NCBI GenBank assembly: GCA_052426225.1
Contig: JBNJNM010000011.1
Coordinates: 744,001-808,000, forward strand
DNA length: 64,000 nucleotides
From: Zancudomyces culisetae HAW-14-8
Lineage: Eukaryota; Fungi; Kickxellomycota
Direction of reading: 5' to 3'
Position 1 is the stretch's first letter; each line of letters begins with the position of its first letter. Below the pieces are notes generated by a model, which had not been told where the DNA came from, ran no database searches, and was given only the letters and a program-made list of their open reading frames with translations. The translations under genes were made by a program, and so were the position numbers. Below, piece by piece: positions 11,813 through 22,529 of the stretch.

Positions 11813-13222
11813 TTATAATTCATGATCATATCCTCTTGCAACTCCAAACCTCCCGTGCTCCGCCACACTGGGTTCCGAAGCTTCTGCATCAACATCAAGT
11901 CCTCTAAACGACGGTCTATTAACAAAATACTCGGTCTTAATTAGCTCCTTATGTCCATTTATAGTTAACTGCCTTTCAAATTCCTGTTCATCTACTTCAG
12001 CTTCGCCGTTAACTCTGCTTGGTTCATTATACGGCTTGGCTAGTACCAATTCACTGTCTTCAATATACTCGCTTGGACTAAATACTTCTGGGCGGATCGC
12101 TGCTAGCATTTCATATGGTAGAAGTATGGGTTTGTCAAACAGCTTTGTGTTGTTGGCTATATCAAATGAATACTGACACCCAACTATAACAAATGCATCA
12201 ATGTCACTATAGAAATTTCCCAGTTTTTCAACTGTTGGATTTCCAATGAACAGGACATATTCCTTTATCTTGTACCCATCATCTTGACCATTTGTTTCAC
12301 AATTCTCCTTGTTCGCTATAGCTATCTGCCTTTTCAAATACTTGACCATTTCGTTCTGCCGCTCCGAAAATTTGGTCACAAGTATCCCGATTCTGTTGAT
12401 CATGCTAGAACTGTACATCGCCTGCTGCCGTCGCTCTTTGCCAATCTTTTGTACTTTGTGATACCTTTTCTGTATAATTTTGGATTTCAAAGCGTCGATG
12501 TTTTCCAAGACGATTTCTCCACCGTTTTTGCTCAGAGATTTGCCAATATCAATCAAAAATATGGTGCTGCTGCAATGTTTCAACATTGTATTATACAATG
12601 CCAGCGAGTTTTCTGTACCTATAAACACTATACACTCTTTTATAGCTTTTACTTTTTCAGGTCCACTTGTACTGTCAATGGCTTTTTCTATTTCCTTTGG
12701 AATATAGTGTCGATCCTTAAGCGTCTTGTACTCCACAACAATATCTGGAAATTCTCCCCCTGCTCCCTTTTGATCAACAAATTCTTCTTCGAGTTGTTGC
12801 AGTAGATCTTCGTACCCATAATCGCCCATTAAAACTATCTCCTTTTCTTTCATTGTTTTTACTTTATGCATTATTTGATTTTTCGTTTCCTCGCTTACTG
12901 CAATCTTTGGGAATACATAGAAAACCGACACAGGTTGTTGTAGCTTTCTGGCACTACAACAGCTTTTGTTACCATACTGCACTATCAACTCGCAATCATA
13001 ATGCTGACCCGTTATCTCGTCTACACAGCAATACGTGGTTGTTGTTTCGTGCTCCTCCATTATTATTGCTACTTGTTCAGCCACTTCTTTCAGCTGCTCG
13101 CTGATAAAGACAGAATCCTTTATGAATTCTACAGGTAGTTGAATTCCCACTCGCTTATACCCATACTTCTTTATTAGGTTCTTGATTTCTTCAATCTCGT
13201 ATTTTTTGATTCTTGGATCCAT
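11813..13222 (-). CDS. DPH2: Diphthamide biosynthesis protein 2
   Basis: RVGIQLP, YCCVDEITGQH, EKLGNF..IDAFVIVGC, KPILLPYE; Dph2-type C-terminus RPSFRGL...GRFGVARGY. Confidence 0.85.
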   Translation of the reverse strand: MDPRIKKYEIEEIKNLIKKYGYKRVGIQLPVEFIKDSVFISEQLKEVAEQVAIIMEEHETTTTYCCVDEITGQHYDCELIVQYGNKSCCSARKLQQPVSVFYVFPKIAVSEETKNQIMHKVKTMKEKEIVLMGDYGYEDLLQQLEEEFVDQKGAGGEFPDIVVEYKTLKDRHYIPKEIEKAIDSTSGPEKVKAIKECIVFIGTENSLALYNTMLKHCSSTIFLIDIGKSLSKNGGEIVLENIDALKSKIIQKRYHKVQKIGKERRQQAMYSSSMINRIGILVTKFSERQNEMVKYLKRQIAIANKENCETNGQDDGYKIKEYVLFIGNPTVEKLGNFYSDIDAFVIVGCQYSFDIANNTKLFDKPILLPYEMLAAIRPEVFSPSEYIEDSELVLAKPYNEPSRVNGEAEVDEQEFERQLTINGHKELIKTEYFVNRPSFRGLDVDAEASEPSVAEHGRFGVARGYDHEL

Positions 13223-13916
13223 TTCTGATCGTTTGCTTGTAATTGTCCCTCAAAAAAGTATCATTTAATTTAGTCAATTCATCATATTTAACAAAATGAT
13301 CCAACACAAAAAAAAATTTTTTTATTGCGCATTTTATGGCAAATGGAAAAAATTCATTCTGCAAAAATTTACGCGAAAAATGGTCAAAGCAAAACATCGA
13401 ATAAAAAGTCGAAGTGCGCTACCGGATCGCTATAACAGTATCCGCGAAAGTGTTGGTACTAAATGACGAGTTGTATACTCATCCTTGACTATGGCCTGTA
13501 CAACTTTTACACTTTTTACGTTTACTCTTACACAGTACACATGCTTCATAAATACACCTTAACTTAGGTTTGTTTTTCTTATTGCACTCTTTACTGCAAA
13601 AACCACTAATTATGTGTGTTAAAGCATGAGAGGCTTAGGCTTATATGCCCCACCACATGGTTGACTTCTGTAACTATATAATAGGCTCTATATCTGTCGA
13701 AATAATAACTATGAAATTTAAATTTACACTATTGATCACATTAATAAAGCTCGATATCAAATAATTTACCAGCACAGGATGATAAGTTTTACCAGGAATA
13801 AGTCTATTGCGTTCCACTATTGATTGAAAAAATAACCAAAGTAACCACGCTATAAGTTCGTTGTAGCAACTCTGTAAACTTCTAAAAACACAATAATTTC
13901 CATTTCCCTGCCCTTG

Positions 13917-13945
13917 ATCATGGTCATGGTCATGGTCATGGTCAT
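13917..13945. repeat. (ATGGTC)n microsatellite
   Basis: atcatggtcatggtcatggtcatggtcat seen directly. Confidence 0.85.
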
Positions 13946-15606
13946 AGAAAAGGGCATTCTTAGTATTATAACAAAGTAGTGCGGATGCTTGATGCTATGA
14001 TGTAAAGAAGATTCCACATACACATACACATACACATATCAGCAACGAACAGAACTTTCACGTTTGCGCACATACGTTACTTTAACAGGTTGTTATCTGC
14101 TAGAACCACTTTCTCCTCCTCTCCCCCCTCCCTCTCTTTCATCCTCCGCTTTTTATTATTTTTAGCTTACAAAAACATCTAATTTTATTTAAACTCATTC
14201 AAAAATATATGATTTTCCCTATGACCTAATCTTGACTATAAACCAAGTCACGTTTTAAACATTTCGTATCCTAGACTGGTAAAAGAAAGTGCTAATTAAG
14301 TGCAGGTTTGCGATTTTAGCATGTCTCAGTTAGCCAGGGTAGCGGGCACGTTCCTTCGCACTCGCTAGGTTTTGTTTGTTATTGACGCTTTTTTACCTCT
14401 CAAAAAATAGACACTGCTATAAACGGACCCCAACTATCTACCAGCACAATACTCATCGATTAAGGGGTGAAGGTATATCACCACTTTTCAACCAGTCATG
14501 CTTGACAATGCGTATATCCAGAACCACTGGACTAAACATGTGGGCCTCTAACTGAAACTAACACCCACTTTATTTTACACATACTATTCAGCAAGACTAT
14601 GGGAAACAGGAAGTGGAGTTATCGTGTTTTTTAACAGATGTTTTTTTGGAAATTTTGTTGACAGGGGTAAACATAAGGAAAGTGCGCAATAAATAACTAG
14701 AGTATGCTCTGTTAAAAATGCACAAAAAAATGGACTAAATAACTCGGAGTCTTGTGATTTAAATAACCCACAATCGTACACTACTTTACTTGCTACACGA
14801 ACAGTAAAAGCACCTTGAAACCACTTTTTTTTTTGTTAGATGAATTTATTAAATAAATATCACATAAAACTACAAAAAGTAACCCTAACAATATCTACCT
14901 AACCAATTCCCCTCCGTCCCTCTAGGGACTCAATACCTACCGGGCGCTGGGTTCAAGGGAAGCTTGTTCACCAGCCCTTCAACTTTTTCACGAGTATCTA
15001 TTTTTATGGGGTTCATGTGATCAGGATTCGGTGATAATCTCGTTTATTAGTCATTAAGGGGAAAAGGGGTAAGCAAATCAAAGCTATTCATGATGATGAC
15101 CATTTATTTTTAAGCAAAATTCTACGAATTTGGTATATGAACCACATAATACTCGAGAATAGTTTCGCTACTTATCCTAATTACGAAAAAAAAAAAAGAC
15201 AGGGTGTTGCCATGATTTCTAGCCATCAAAGTCATTTGGTCATATTGGGAAATGTAAAACAATAAAACATAGCCAATACGGAGGTATAAGCAAATTAAAA
15301 GATAATGCTCAGGTGATGATGATACACATCTGTTTCATAGCAGAGAATACAACCTGCCTATGCACTGTGCAAAATGCCAACTAGAAATGAATCTTTACTA
15401 AGTAAAGAAGCAAAGAGAAAACTACAAAATTATGCATTGGCAGTGTTTGTGCATCAGGAAGAAGTCAAAAAGATTCTTTGAGAAAATATAGGTAAAATTT
15501 TGACATATGTCGAATTTTATTGAGAAATTATTGGATTATATACTACGCTCACATGATGATACAAATGCAGAACAATTATTTAAGAAATAAGCGATACCGC
15601 TGTGCT

Positions 15607-15614
15607 TATAAATA
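15607..15614 (+). promoter_or_regulatory. Candidate TATA box of the fungalysin gene
   Basis: TATAAATA about 160 bp upstream of the ATG at 15767. Confidence 0.45.
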
Positions 15615-15766
15615 CAACAGATTTTCTCTCTCCAACCTACAACTATAGCTACTCGTCACGAAAATTTATAACTACATTTAGAACATATTTATTTTAACAC
15701 TATTCAACTGGTATTATTCAACAAACCATCATACTACAAAACATCAGCCTTAACTGACTTACAGCC

Positions 15767-17932
15767 ATGAAGTTGTCTGCACTAGGCCTCGTTGCGTTGA
15801 CATTTTCACTTCATCAAACAGCAGCCATTCACCCCTCAAAGAGACATTCTAGTAATAATTCGCTCACTTTCAATCCGCGCCTACCTTTTGGTCCAACACT
15901 AAGTGCCTACAGGAAGTCCTTTACCTTCGATATTCCTGCTGAAGCTTACGCTCAGTTTCAATCCGATATTATCCCAGTACAATTAAGTGAAGCCATAGCC
16001 ATAGCAAAGCGTTATCTCAAAAAAGAATTTGGATTATCTCAGAGCAATTATGTTGTCAAGAATGCCTATACTTCAAACCACAATGGAATAACACACATAT
16101 ATCTTCGTCAAGTTGTTCAGGGGTTGGAAGTGGTAAACGGTGATATAAATATGAATGTTGATGTTTTTGGAAATATTATAGATATACACTCTTCATTTTA
16201 CACCCCGGGACAAGGGGTTGGTGAGAATGTATTATTAGAATATCTCAACAGCTTGATGTACTCCTCATACAGCAATTCAAATGTAATAAACAAGTGGGCC
16301 AAAAACGCTAAAAGTGAATTGGTGGGGGGCGGATATAAAGCGTTGCTGAAGCAAAAATTTTTCAAGGGAGGTGATGAAAATAATCTGTTGAAAGAACAGC
16401 GATTATTAAATGTTCGTTACAATACTGATGGATTCATAAAAGCAACCGAAGCGGTAGAAAAACTGACGCGCCATTTGGACCCAACAAGCACGTTCAGGGT
16501 ATTAGGCCACAATATCAGCAGCAAGCTTGAATATGATGACGATGGTGAGCTTCAAGAGAGAATCAGTGGATTACCAAAAGAAATAGCGGTCGGAAATGAG
16601 GCTACGGCGAAGCCTGCATTTATACAACTTGATGATGGAGAATTGTATCCGGTATGGAGTATCGAGATGGAGCAAGAGCATGATTGGTGGAATGGAATTG
16701 TATCTTCCGAAACTGGTGAGGTGCTATCACTAATAAACTGGGTATCAAATGCATCATACAATGTATTCCCCTTTGGAACGAGTGATCCGTCTGAGGGAGA
16801 TAGAAAGATGATTAGTGAACCACATGATGAAATTGCTAGCCCCTTTGGGTGGCATAAAATAACTGATTATAAAAAGTATACAGACACAAGGGGAAACAAC
16901 GTGTTTGCGCAGGAAAACTTTGATGGAAGAAACGGGTGGCAGAATAACATGAGACCAGATGGCGGCACAGATCTAGTTTTTGATTATCCGATAAATTTTG
17001 AACAAAATCCTGATGAATATACAGATGCGGCAGTAACCAATTTGTTCTATATAAACAACAAGCTGCATGATATGTTTTATGCATATGGATTTGATGAAAA
17101 TTCAGGAAATTTTCAGGAAAATAACTTTGGGAGGGGAGGAAAAGAAAACGATGGTGTGATTGCCAACGCTCAGGATGGATCTGGAACAAACAATGCAAAC
17201 TTTGCCACCCCTCCTGATGGAAGAAGACCCAGAATGAGGATGTATGTCTGGGACAACACTAACCCAATGAGAGATGGTGATCTGGATGCTGGGATAATTA
17301 CCCACGAGTATTCGCATGGTGTTTCTATCCGACTGACTGGTGGTCCAGGAAACGTAAATTGCTTGACGTGGGGTGAATCTGGTGGAATGGGCGAGGGATG
17401 GGGTGATTTCTTTGCTACTCTGGCAAGATTGAAACCAGAAAACACTCGGGATACTTCCTTCACAATGGGAGAATACTCGGCTGGGTATGGCATACGACCA
17501 TACCCCTATTCAACTGACATGGAAATAAATCCGCAAACTTTTAAGATTATGGACCGTGGAGCGTATTGGGGAGTACACGCAAAAGGAAGTGTATGGGCAA
17601 CTATGTTGTACGAAATGATGTGGAATTTGATAGATAAGCATGGATTTACTCCAGATTTTGAGTCTCGCGACCTACGTTACGGAAATACATTGGCGCTTCA
17701 ACTAGTTATCGATGGTATGAAACTGCAGCCATGCATGCCCAGCTTTACAGATGCTAGAGACGCTATACTTTTGGCTGATAGGCTCCTTACTGGTGGAGAT
17801 AACCAATGCGAGATTTGGAAAGCTTTCGCTAAGAGAGGTCTTGGTCATGGTGCTAAAGTGGTTGGAGATACACCTTGGGGTGGTGGCAGAAGAGTCGAGA
17901 GCTACACAATTGGAAAATCTTGCACCAACTAG
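15767..17932 (+). CDS. Secreted fungalysin (peptidase M36) zinc metalloprotease with FTP propeptide
   Basis: Signal peptide; FTP motif NGITHIYLRQVVQGLEVVNGDIN; NNANFATPPDG; zinc motif HEYSH; GMGEGWGDF; GVHAKGSVW. Confidence 0.95.
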   Translation: MKLSALGLVALTFSLHQTAAIHPSKRHSSNNSLTFNPRLPFGPTLSAYRKSFTFDIPAEAYAQFQSDIIPVQLSEAIAIAKRYLKKEFGLSQSNYVVKNAYTSNHNGITHIYLRQVVQGLEVVNGDINMNVDVFGNIIDIHSSFYTPGQGVGENVLLEYLNSLMYSSYSNSNVINKWAKNAKSELVGGGYKALLKQKFFKGGDENNLLKEQRLLNVRYNTDGFIKATEAVEKLTRHLDPTSTFRVLGHNISSKLEYDDDGELQERISGLPKEIAVGNEATAKPAFIQLDDGELYPVWSIEMEQEHDWWNGIVSSETGEVLSLINWVSNASYNVFPFGTSDPSEGDRKMISEPHDEIASPFGWHKITDYKKYTDTRGNNVFAQENFDGRNGWQNNMRPDGGTDLVFDYPINFEQNPDEYTDAAVTNLFYINNKLHDMFYAYGFDENSGNFQENNFGRGGKENDGVIANAQDGSGTNNANFATPPDGRRPRMRMYVWDNTNPMRDGDLDAGIITHEYSHGVSIRLTGGPGNVNCLTWGESGGMGEGWGDFFATLARLKPENTRDTSFTMGEYSAGYGIRPYPYSTDMEINPQTFKIMDRGAYWGVHAKGSVWATMLYEMMWNLIDKHGFTPDFESRDLRYGNTLALQLVIDGMKLQPCMPSFTDARDAILLADRLLTGGDNQCEIWKAFAKRGLGHGAKVVGDTPWGGGRRVESYTIGKSCTN

Positions 17933-17964
17933 TTTGTATTATTATACCTATTTTATTTTTATTT

Positions 17965-18024
17965 TTATTTTTCACTTTTTTCACTTTTTTCATCTTTTTC
18001 ACCTTTTTCACCTTTTTCACTTTT
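17965..18024. repeat. 9-mer tandem repeat (TTTTTCACY) in the fungalysin 3' region
   Basis: ttttcacttttttcac...ctttttcacctttttcacctttttcac seen directly. Confidence 0.8.
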
Positions 18025-18750
18025 GTTTGAACTTTAAAGCTTGAGAAAATAATGGTACAGAGCATCTATTTGCTTACCAATTAAAATATTTATTCAACCT
18101 ATAAAAAATATTCCTGTGTTCACACCTCTTTGCTGTGTGTATAATACGTGTGTGTGGGGAGGGGGGGAGAGAGAAGGGAGAGATCAGAAAAGGGTAGCCG
18201 ATAATAAGGGATTAGAAATTGACTAGATTTGCGGGGACCTACTCTAAGGACGTTTCAATATTCCATTGAATCCAATACGCATTCACAATTGGTCTTTGGA
18301 TTTTTTAGTTTGTAGAGTTGAAAACCGTCTCCATATTGTATATCATAGTTCCAGGTCGGGAATATGTTATTAGGTAGAATTATATGTAGATGCAAGTGGA
18401 GGATGGGTTTACCAAGTTCTCGACTCCTTGCATGGAGTATGTTGATTAGTGTAAACTATAGGCTAATGAATGGTAATTTTCATTTTGTTCCATGGTTATG
18501 CGAATGGAGAGAGTGTAAAAAGACTATGATGAGAGCAGAGAACTAATAAATAACCTATACATACTGGTATGCGTTTGAATTAGAAAAGATTAATGCAGTA
18601 TTACTTTATCCCTCTTTTTAAAAAAATTTATATGTATATCAACTGCTGTTTCATAAGTGTTTGGTGATAGTATTTCTAGTAATAATTGTTATCAGAGTGT
18701 GTGAAATAACTCCAAAAAGGTAAAATAGTCTAGCAAGAGCAACTATAACA

Positions 18751-19815
18751 ATGAATATCATATTTAAATCCAAAGCCATAGTGGCGTTGGCAATACTTTT
18801 GGAGCTGGCTTTTCTTCAAATAGACGCGTTACCAATCGGTCGTGAAGCAATTTTTAAAATACCAGCTATAAAAAAAGCACAATCCTCAACAATTCGAAAA
18901 AGTTTAAAGCAGGTGAGTCCGCAGACTTTGCAAACGCAACGCCAGCAACTTGGTCTTCAGCAGAATTTTAAAACCGGTCTCACTGGCCAGGATATATTTA
19001 CGAGCTACCAATTGGAGAAAAGTGCATACCCATCGCTAGTGAAGGAAACTGTTGAGGATATTTCTGAGGTTAATACAGAAACCAAGAGCAAAAGTCCATC
19101 TACAGCTTTTCCAAGTGGAGTTGAAAGAGTATTTATCAGCGACTACATCACAAGAACACATTCAAAAAGTGTTAACCGTGCATTCGTGGACGTTTATCCT
19201 AGCACGACTTTTACACAAAACAGTGAGATCAAGTCACATCACCAACACAGGGGTAGATACCAGGCTGCGCCAACGCTACACCCACTACCCTTGCGGGCCG
19301 GAGATACGGAAAGAGATGTTTACAGTAAAACTTCTGTGTATAAAACGCGTCGGGGTGTTCGAGAAAGAAAAATGCGGCGCTACCCATTCCACGTCAAGGT
19401 AACAGAAATATCAGCCCCAACAAATGAAAAGCTTGATTCATTCAGGCAGTTTGCAGATAAGTTGGTAATTATAAGCTCAAGAATACAGAAAGTCATTTTT
19501 AAAGCCTCTGAAGGTCTTGCAGAAAGCACCAAGAAAAGTGTATTTACAGTACCACGTCCACAAGCAAAAAGATATGTAAAGGTGAAAGGTGACAGACGTC
19601 TGAACAGGCACAAAAATATGGATGTAAATAAACCTGTAGCCGGAGAAACAAACACAGTAAACACAGCGCCAACGAAGGCTAAGAATCTGGTTTGGAATGA
19701 AAGTAGTGCCATGACTGAAACGCCAGAGCGCAAAGAATTCCGCGGTAAACACACTACAATGCCTCGTACTACGGATACCATTCTCTTTGTTGCGGATGAA
19801 GATGATTTTTATTGA
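18751..19815 (+). CDS. Predicted secreted basic protein of unknown function
   Basis: 354-aa single-exon ORF; signal peptide MNIIFKSKAIVALAILLELAFLQIDA|LP; no recognised domain. Confidence 0.7.
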   Translation: MNIIFKSKAIVALAILLELAFLQIDALPIGREAIFKIPAIKKAQSSTIRKSLKQVSPQTLQTQRQQLGLQQNFKTGLTGQDIFTSYQLEKSAYPSLVKETVEDISEVNTETKSKSPSTAFPSGVERVFISDYITRTHSKSVNRAFVDVYPSTTFTQNSEIKSHHQHRGRYQAAPTLHPLPLRAGDTERDVYSKTSVYKTRRGVRERKMRRYPFHVKVTEISAPTNEKLDSFRQFADKLVIISSRIQKVIFKASEGLAESTKKSVFTVPRPQAKRYVKVKGDRRLNRHKNMDVNKPVAGETNTVNTAPTKAKNLVWNESSAMTETPERKEFRGKHTTMPRTTDTILFVADEDDFY

Positions 19816-20336
19816 GGTTTGCTTGTCAAGCTCATCTTGGAATCCACAGAGAAAAAAAGTGTGCTTTTCAGGAAAAAGCTGCCATGCATGGCTCTAATCG
19901 ACGGGAACCTGTAGCTATATAGCAGAAATTGTAAACTATCCTTTTTGGCGATTTTTAATGAGTTTCAAACTCGAAAAACAGTTTAGAAGTTATGACATAC
20001 CTTTAGACAAACGGCTGTATCGTAGTTTAGATATATCTTGTTACTTATTTAATGGGCCCAGTTGCGTCCTTGTTTCTTTAATATTGTTGAATAAAATGTG
20101 TTAATACGAATTACAGTCCTTTTAGTTAATGCGGAAATGCAAAAAAAAAGGGATTTTTCACTACATAAAAAACGTTCTTGATGAATAGGTGTGTATTCTA
20201 AAAATATAAAAACAAATGTCAATGCAGTAGTATGTAAAAAAAGTCACTACCACCAAAGAGGCTTGTAGTTAGGGGGGAGGGGGGTCAACAACGAAAAGAT
20301 ACAATTTATCGGACTAAAAAAAATAAAAAATACAGA

Positions 20337-21548
20337 TTAGATGGCGTTCAGGATAGCCTGCTTCAGGTCGTTTATCAGATCATCAACATGCTCGATTCCA
20401 ACGCATAGCCTTATCAAGTCTTCGTCGAGCATACGCTGTTTTCTAATTTCAGCAGGAATGCTGGCATGTGACATTTTTGTTGGCATGCTTATCAGTGAGT
20501 TTACACAGCCAAAGCTGACACTGATAGACCACAATCGGGTATTTTCAACAATTCTTTCTGAGATTCCAACATCCCCTGTGGTAAAACTCAGCACGGCACC
20601 CGGCCCGCTAGACATTGACTTGTGAAGATTGTATTGAGGATGAGAAGCTAATCCTGGGTAGTTAACCTTGAATTTTATACCGTTAAACAACTGTGACTCC
20701 AAAAAGTTAGCAATTTGAATGGCATTTGCCTGTTGTTTCTCTACTCTTATGGATAAGGTCTTGATGCCGCGATGTAGTAGCCAAGAGTCAAATGGACTCA
20801 GACCGCAGCCTATGGAGTTTATTATAAAATAAAGCTTATTTGCTAGTTCGTCGTTGTTTGTGGCAATAACACCGGCCATAAGATCATGATGTCCTGATAA
20901 AAACTTTGTTCCTGAATGGTATTCTATGTCTGCACCAAGTTCCAGTGTGTTTTGAAGATACGGCGACATCATGGTGTTATCAACTACCACCAACACACCG
21001 TTGCTATTATCTGTACCGTTTGTGCTTTGACACTCGTGCGCAAGTCTTGCTATTTGAGGAATATCAGCAACCTGGCATTTTGGATTTGTAGGCGATTCCA
21101 ACAATACTAGTCTTGTTTTCACAACGTCTAGTTTGGTTGATACTTGTTCAGCCTTTGTGGTATCAACATGATGTGTCTTTACTCCACTATATTCTGCCAT
21201 ATGGGTCAAGAGTCTATTCGTGCCTCCATACAAGTCATCTCCTGCTATTACTTCTTGCCCAGTTTTAACCGTAGCTCTTAAAATTACATCCAAAGCGCTC
21301 ATTCCTGTGCTTACCAGATATACATGTTTTGCCTTCATTATTACAGATAAATGCTGCTGCACGGCAGATCTTGTTGGGTTCCCAGACCGTGTATAGTCAT
21401 AGCTGTTGTCAGACGACGAAGTCTGTTTAAATGTTGCCGATTGGTATATTGGAACAGATGATGCATTATAGGGATCCTTGTTGCCTTCCTGGCAAACTGG
21501 AAAGTGCACTATTTCCGTTGCTCTGTTGTACCCGGTCTCTTTTTCCAT
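20337..21548 (-). CDS. STR3: Cystathionine beta-lyase (PLP-dependent Cys/Met metabolism family)
   Basis: DPYNASSVPIYQSATFKQ, YTRSGNPTR, DDLYGGTNRL, LLESPTNP, VDNTMMSP, HSGTKFLSGHHD, SVSFGCVNSLISMP. Confidence 0.92.
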   Translation of the reverse strand: MEKETGYNRATEIVHFPVCQEGNKDPYNASSVPIYQSATFKQTSSSDNSYDYTRSGNPTRSAVQQHLSVIMKAKHVYLVSTGMSALDVILRATVKTGQEVIAGDDLYGGTNRLLTHMAEYSGVKTHHVDTTKAEQVSTKLDVVKTRLVLLESPTNPKCQVADIPQIARLAHECQSTNGTDNSNGVLVVVDNTMMSPYLQNTLELGADIEYHSGTKFLSGHHDLMAGVIATNNDELANKLYFIINSIGCGLSPFDSWLLHRGIKTLSIRVEKQQANAIQIANFLESQLFNGIKFKVNYPGLASHPQYNLHKSMSSGPGAVLSFTTGDVGISERIVENTRLWSISVSFGCVNSLISMPTKMSHASIPAEIRKQRMLDEDLIRLCVGIEHVDDLINDLKQAILNAI

Positions 21549-22529
21549 TATTTTTATTTTTTTATTAGTTTATAGCTCACACGGAGTCCTTAAGATTATT
21601 TTGATTTTGAGAAAGTGGATTTTAAAAGCAAATCCAATTCTATATATACTCAAAAGTCCTTTAATTTTTGTGATTATTCTTTGTTAATAAACGTGAGCAA
21701 CTAACCAAATTGGCTCTGTGATTGAAAAAAAAATTTTATTTTGTGATTAAGTAAAAAAAAAATTAGTAACCGGATTTACTGTGATTTTGGGATCAATTCT
21801 AACACTATGCTTTGGTGAAATAATCAACTGCGGGGATGAATTAAAACGTTTCAGACATGTTATCACAAATGATAAAAGTGGAAAAGGTAGCAAGTAGCAA
21901 GAAGCAAGTAACAAGTAACAAGTAGAAAGTAACGTGGCTGAGTATGTAAAATGCTTTGGTAGACCCGGTAATTTTATATTAAAACCCGCCAAACGAATAT
22001 AGACAGATATTCAGGGTTTTATATATTAAAACGAGCAACTCAGTCATTTAACAACAAGACAATATCGGTACGCGTAAAAAGTGATTTTCAGCGTAGGACG
22101 TGTACTATTCAAGGCATATAATCCTGATCAAATGTTGTTTTTTTCTGCCTTTGATTTCGTCTTGATAGATGTTTGGATCCGATTCTTGAAATGACAAGCT
22201 ATCAACATAAACAAGACAAAAAAATTGTATGTGGTACCCAAGAAAATAAATATGCCTTATATGTTGAAAGAGGGCGGAAATAACCTGCATTAAAAACGAA
22301 ACAAAAAATAGAAATGTAACGTTTAATTTTACTTGAATCAATGCAAAAAGTACGCTACAAAAATTTTTTCTTAACCAGCCACCAGCCTTTATCAAAAACT
22401 AAAAACAGTCAGGCTTTTGGAGGGCAAATCAAAAGGAGCCATCGAAAACACTTTCTACTTGCTCTAAAAAAAAATGTAAAAAAAATTTTCCTGCTGATTT
22501 GCGATTAAATTCTGCAAAGCTAACAGATT

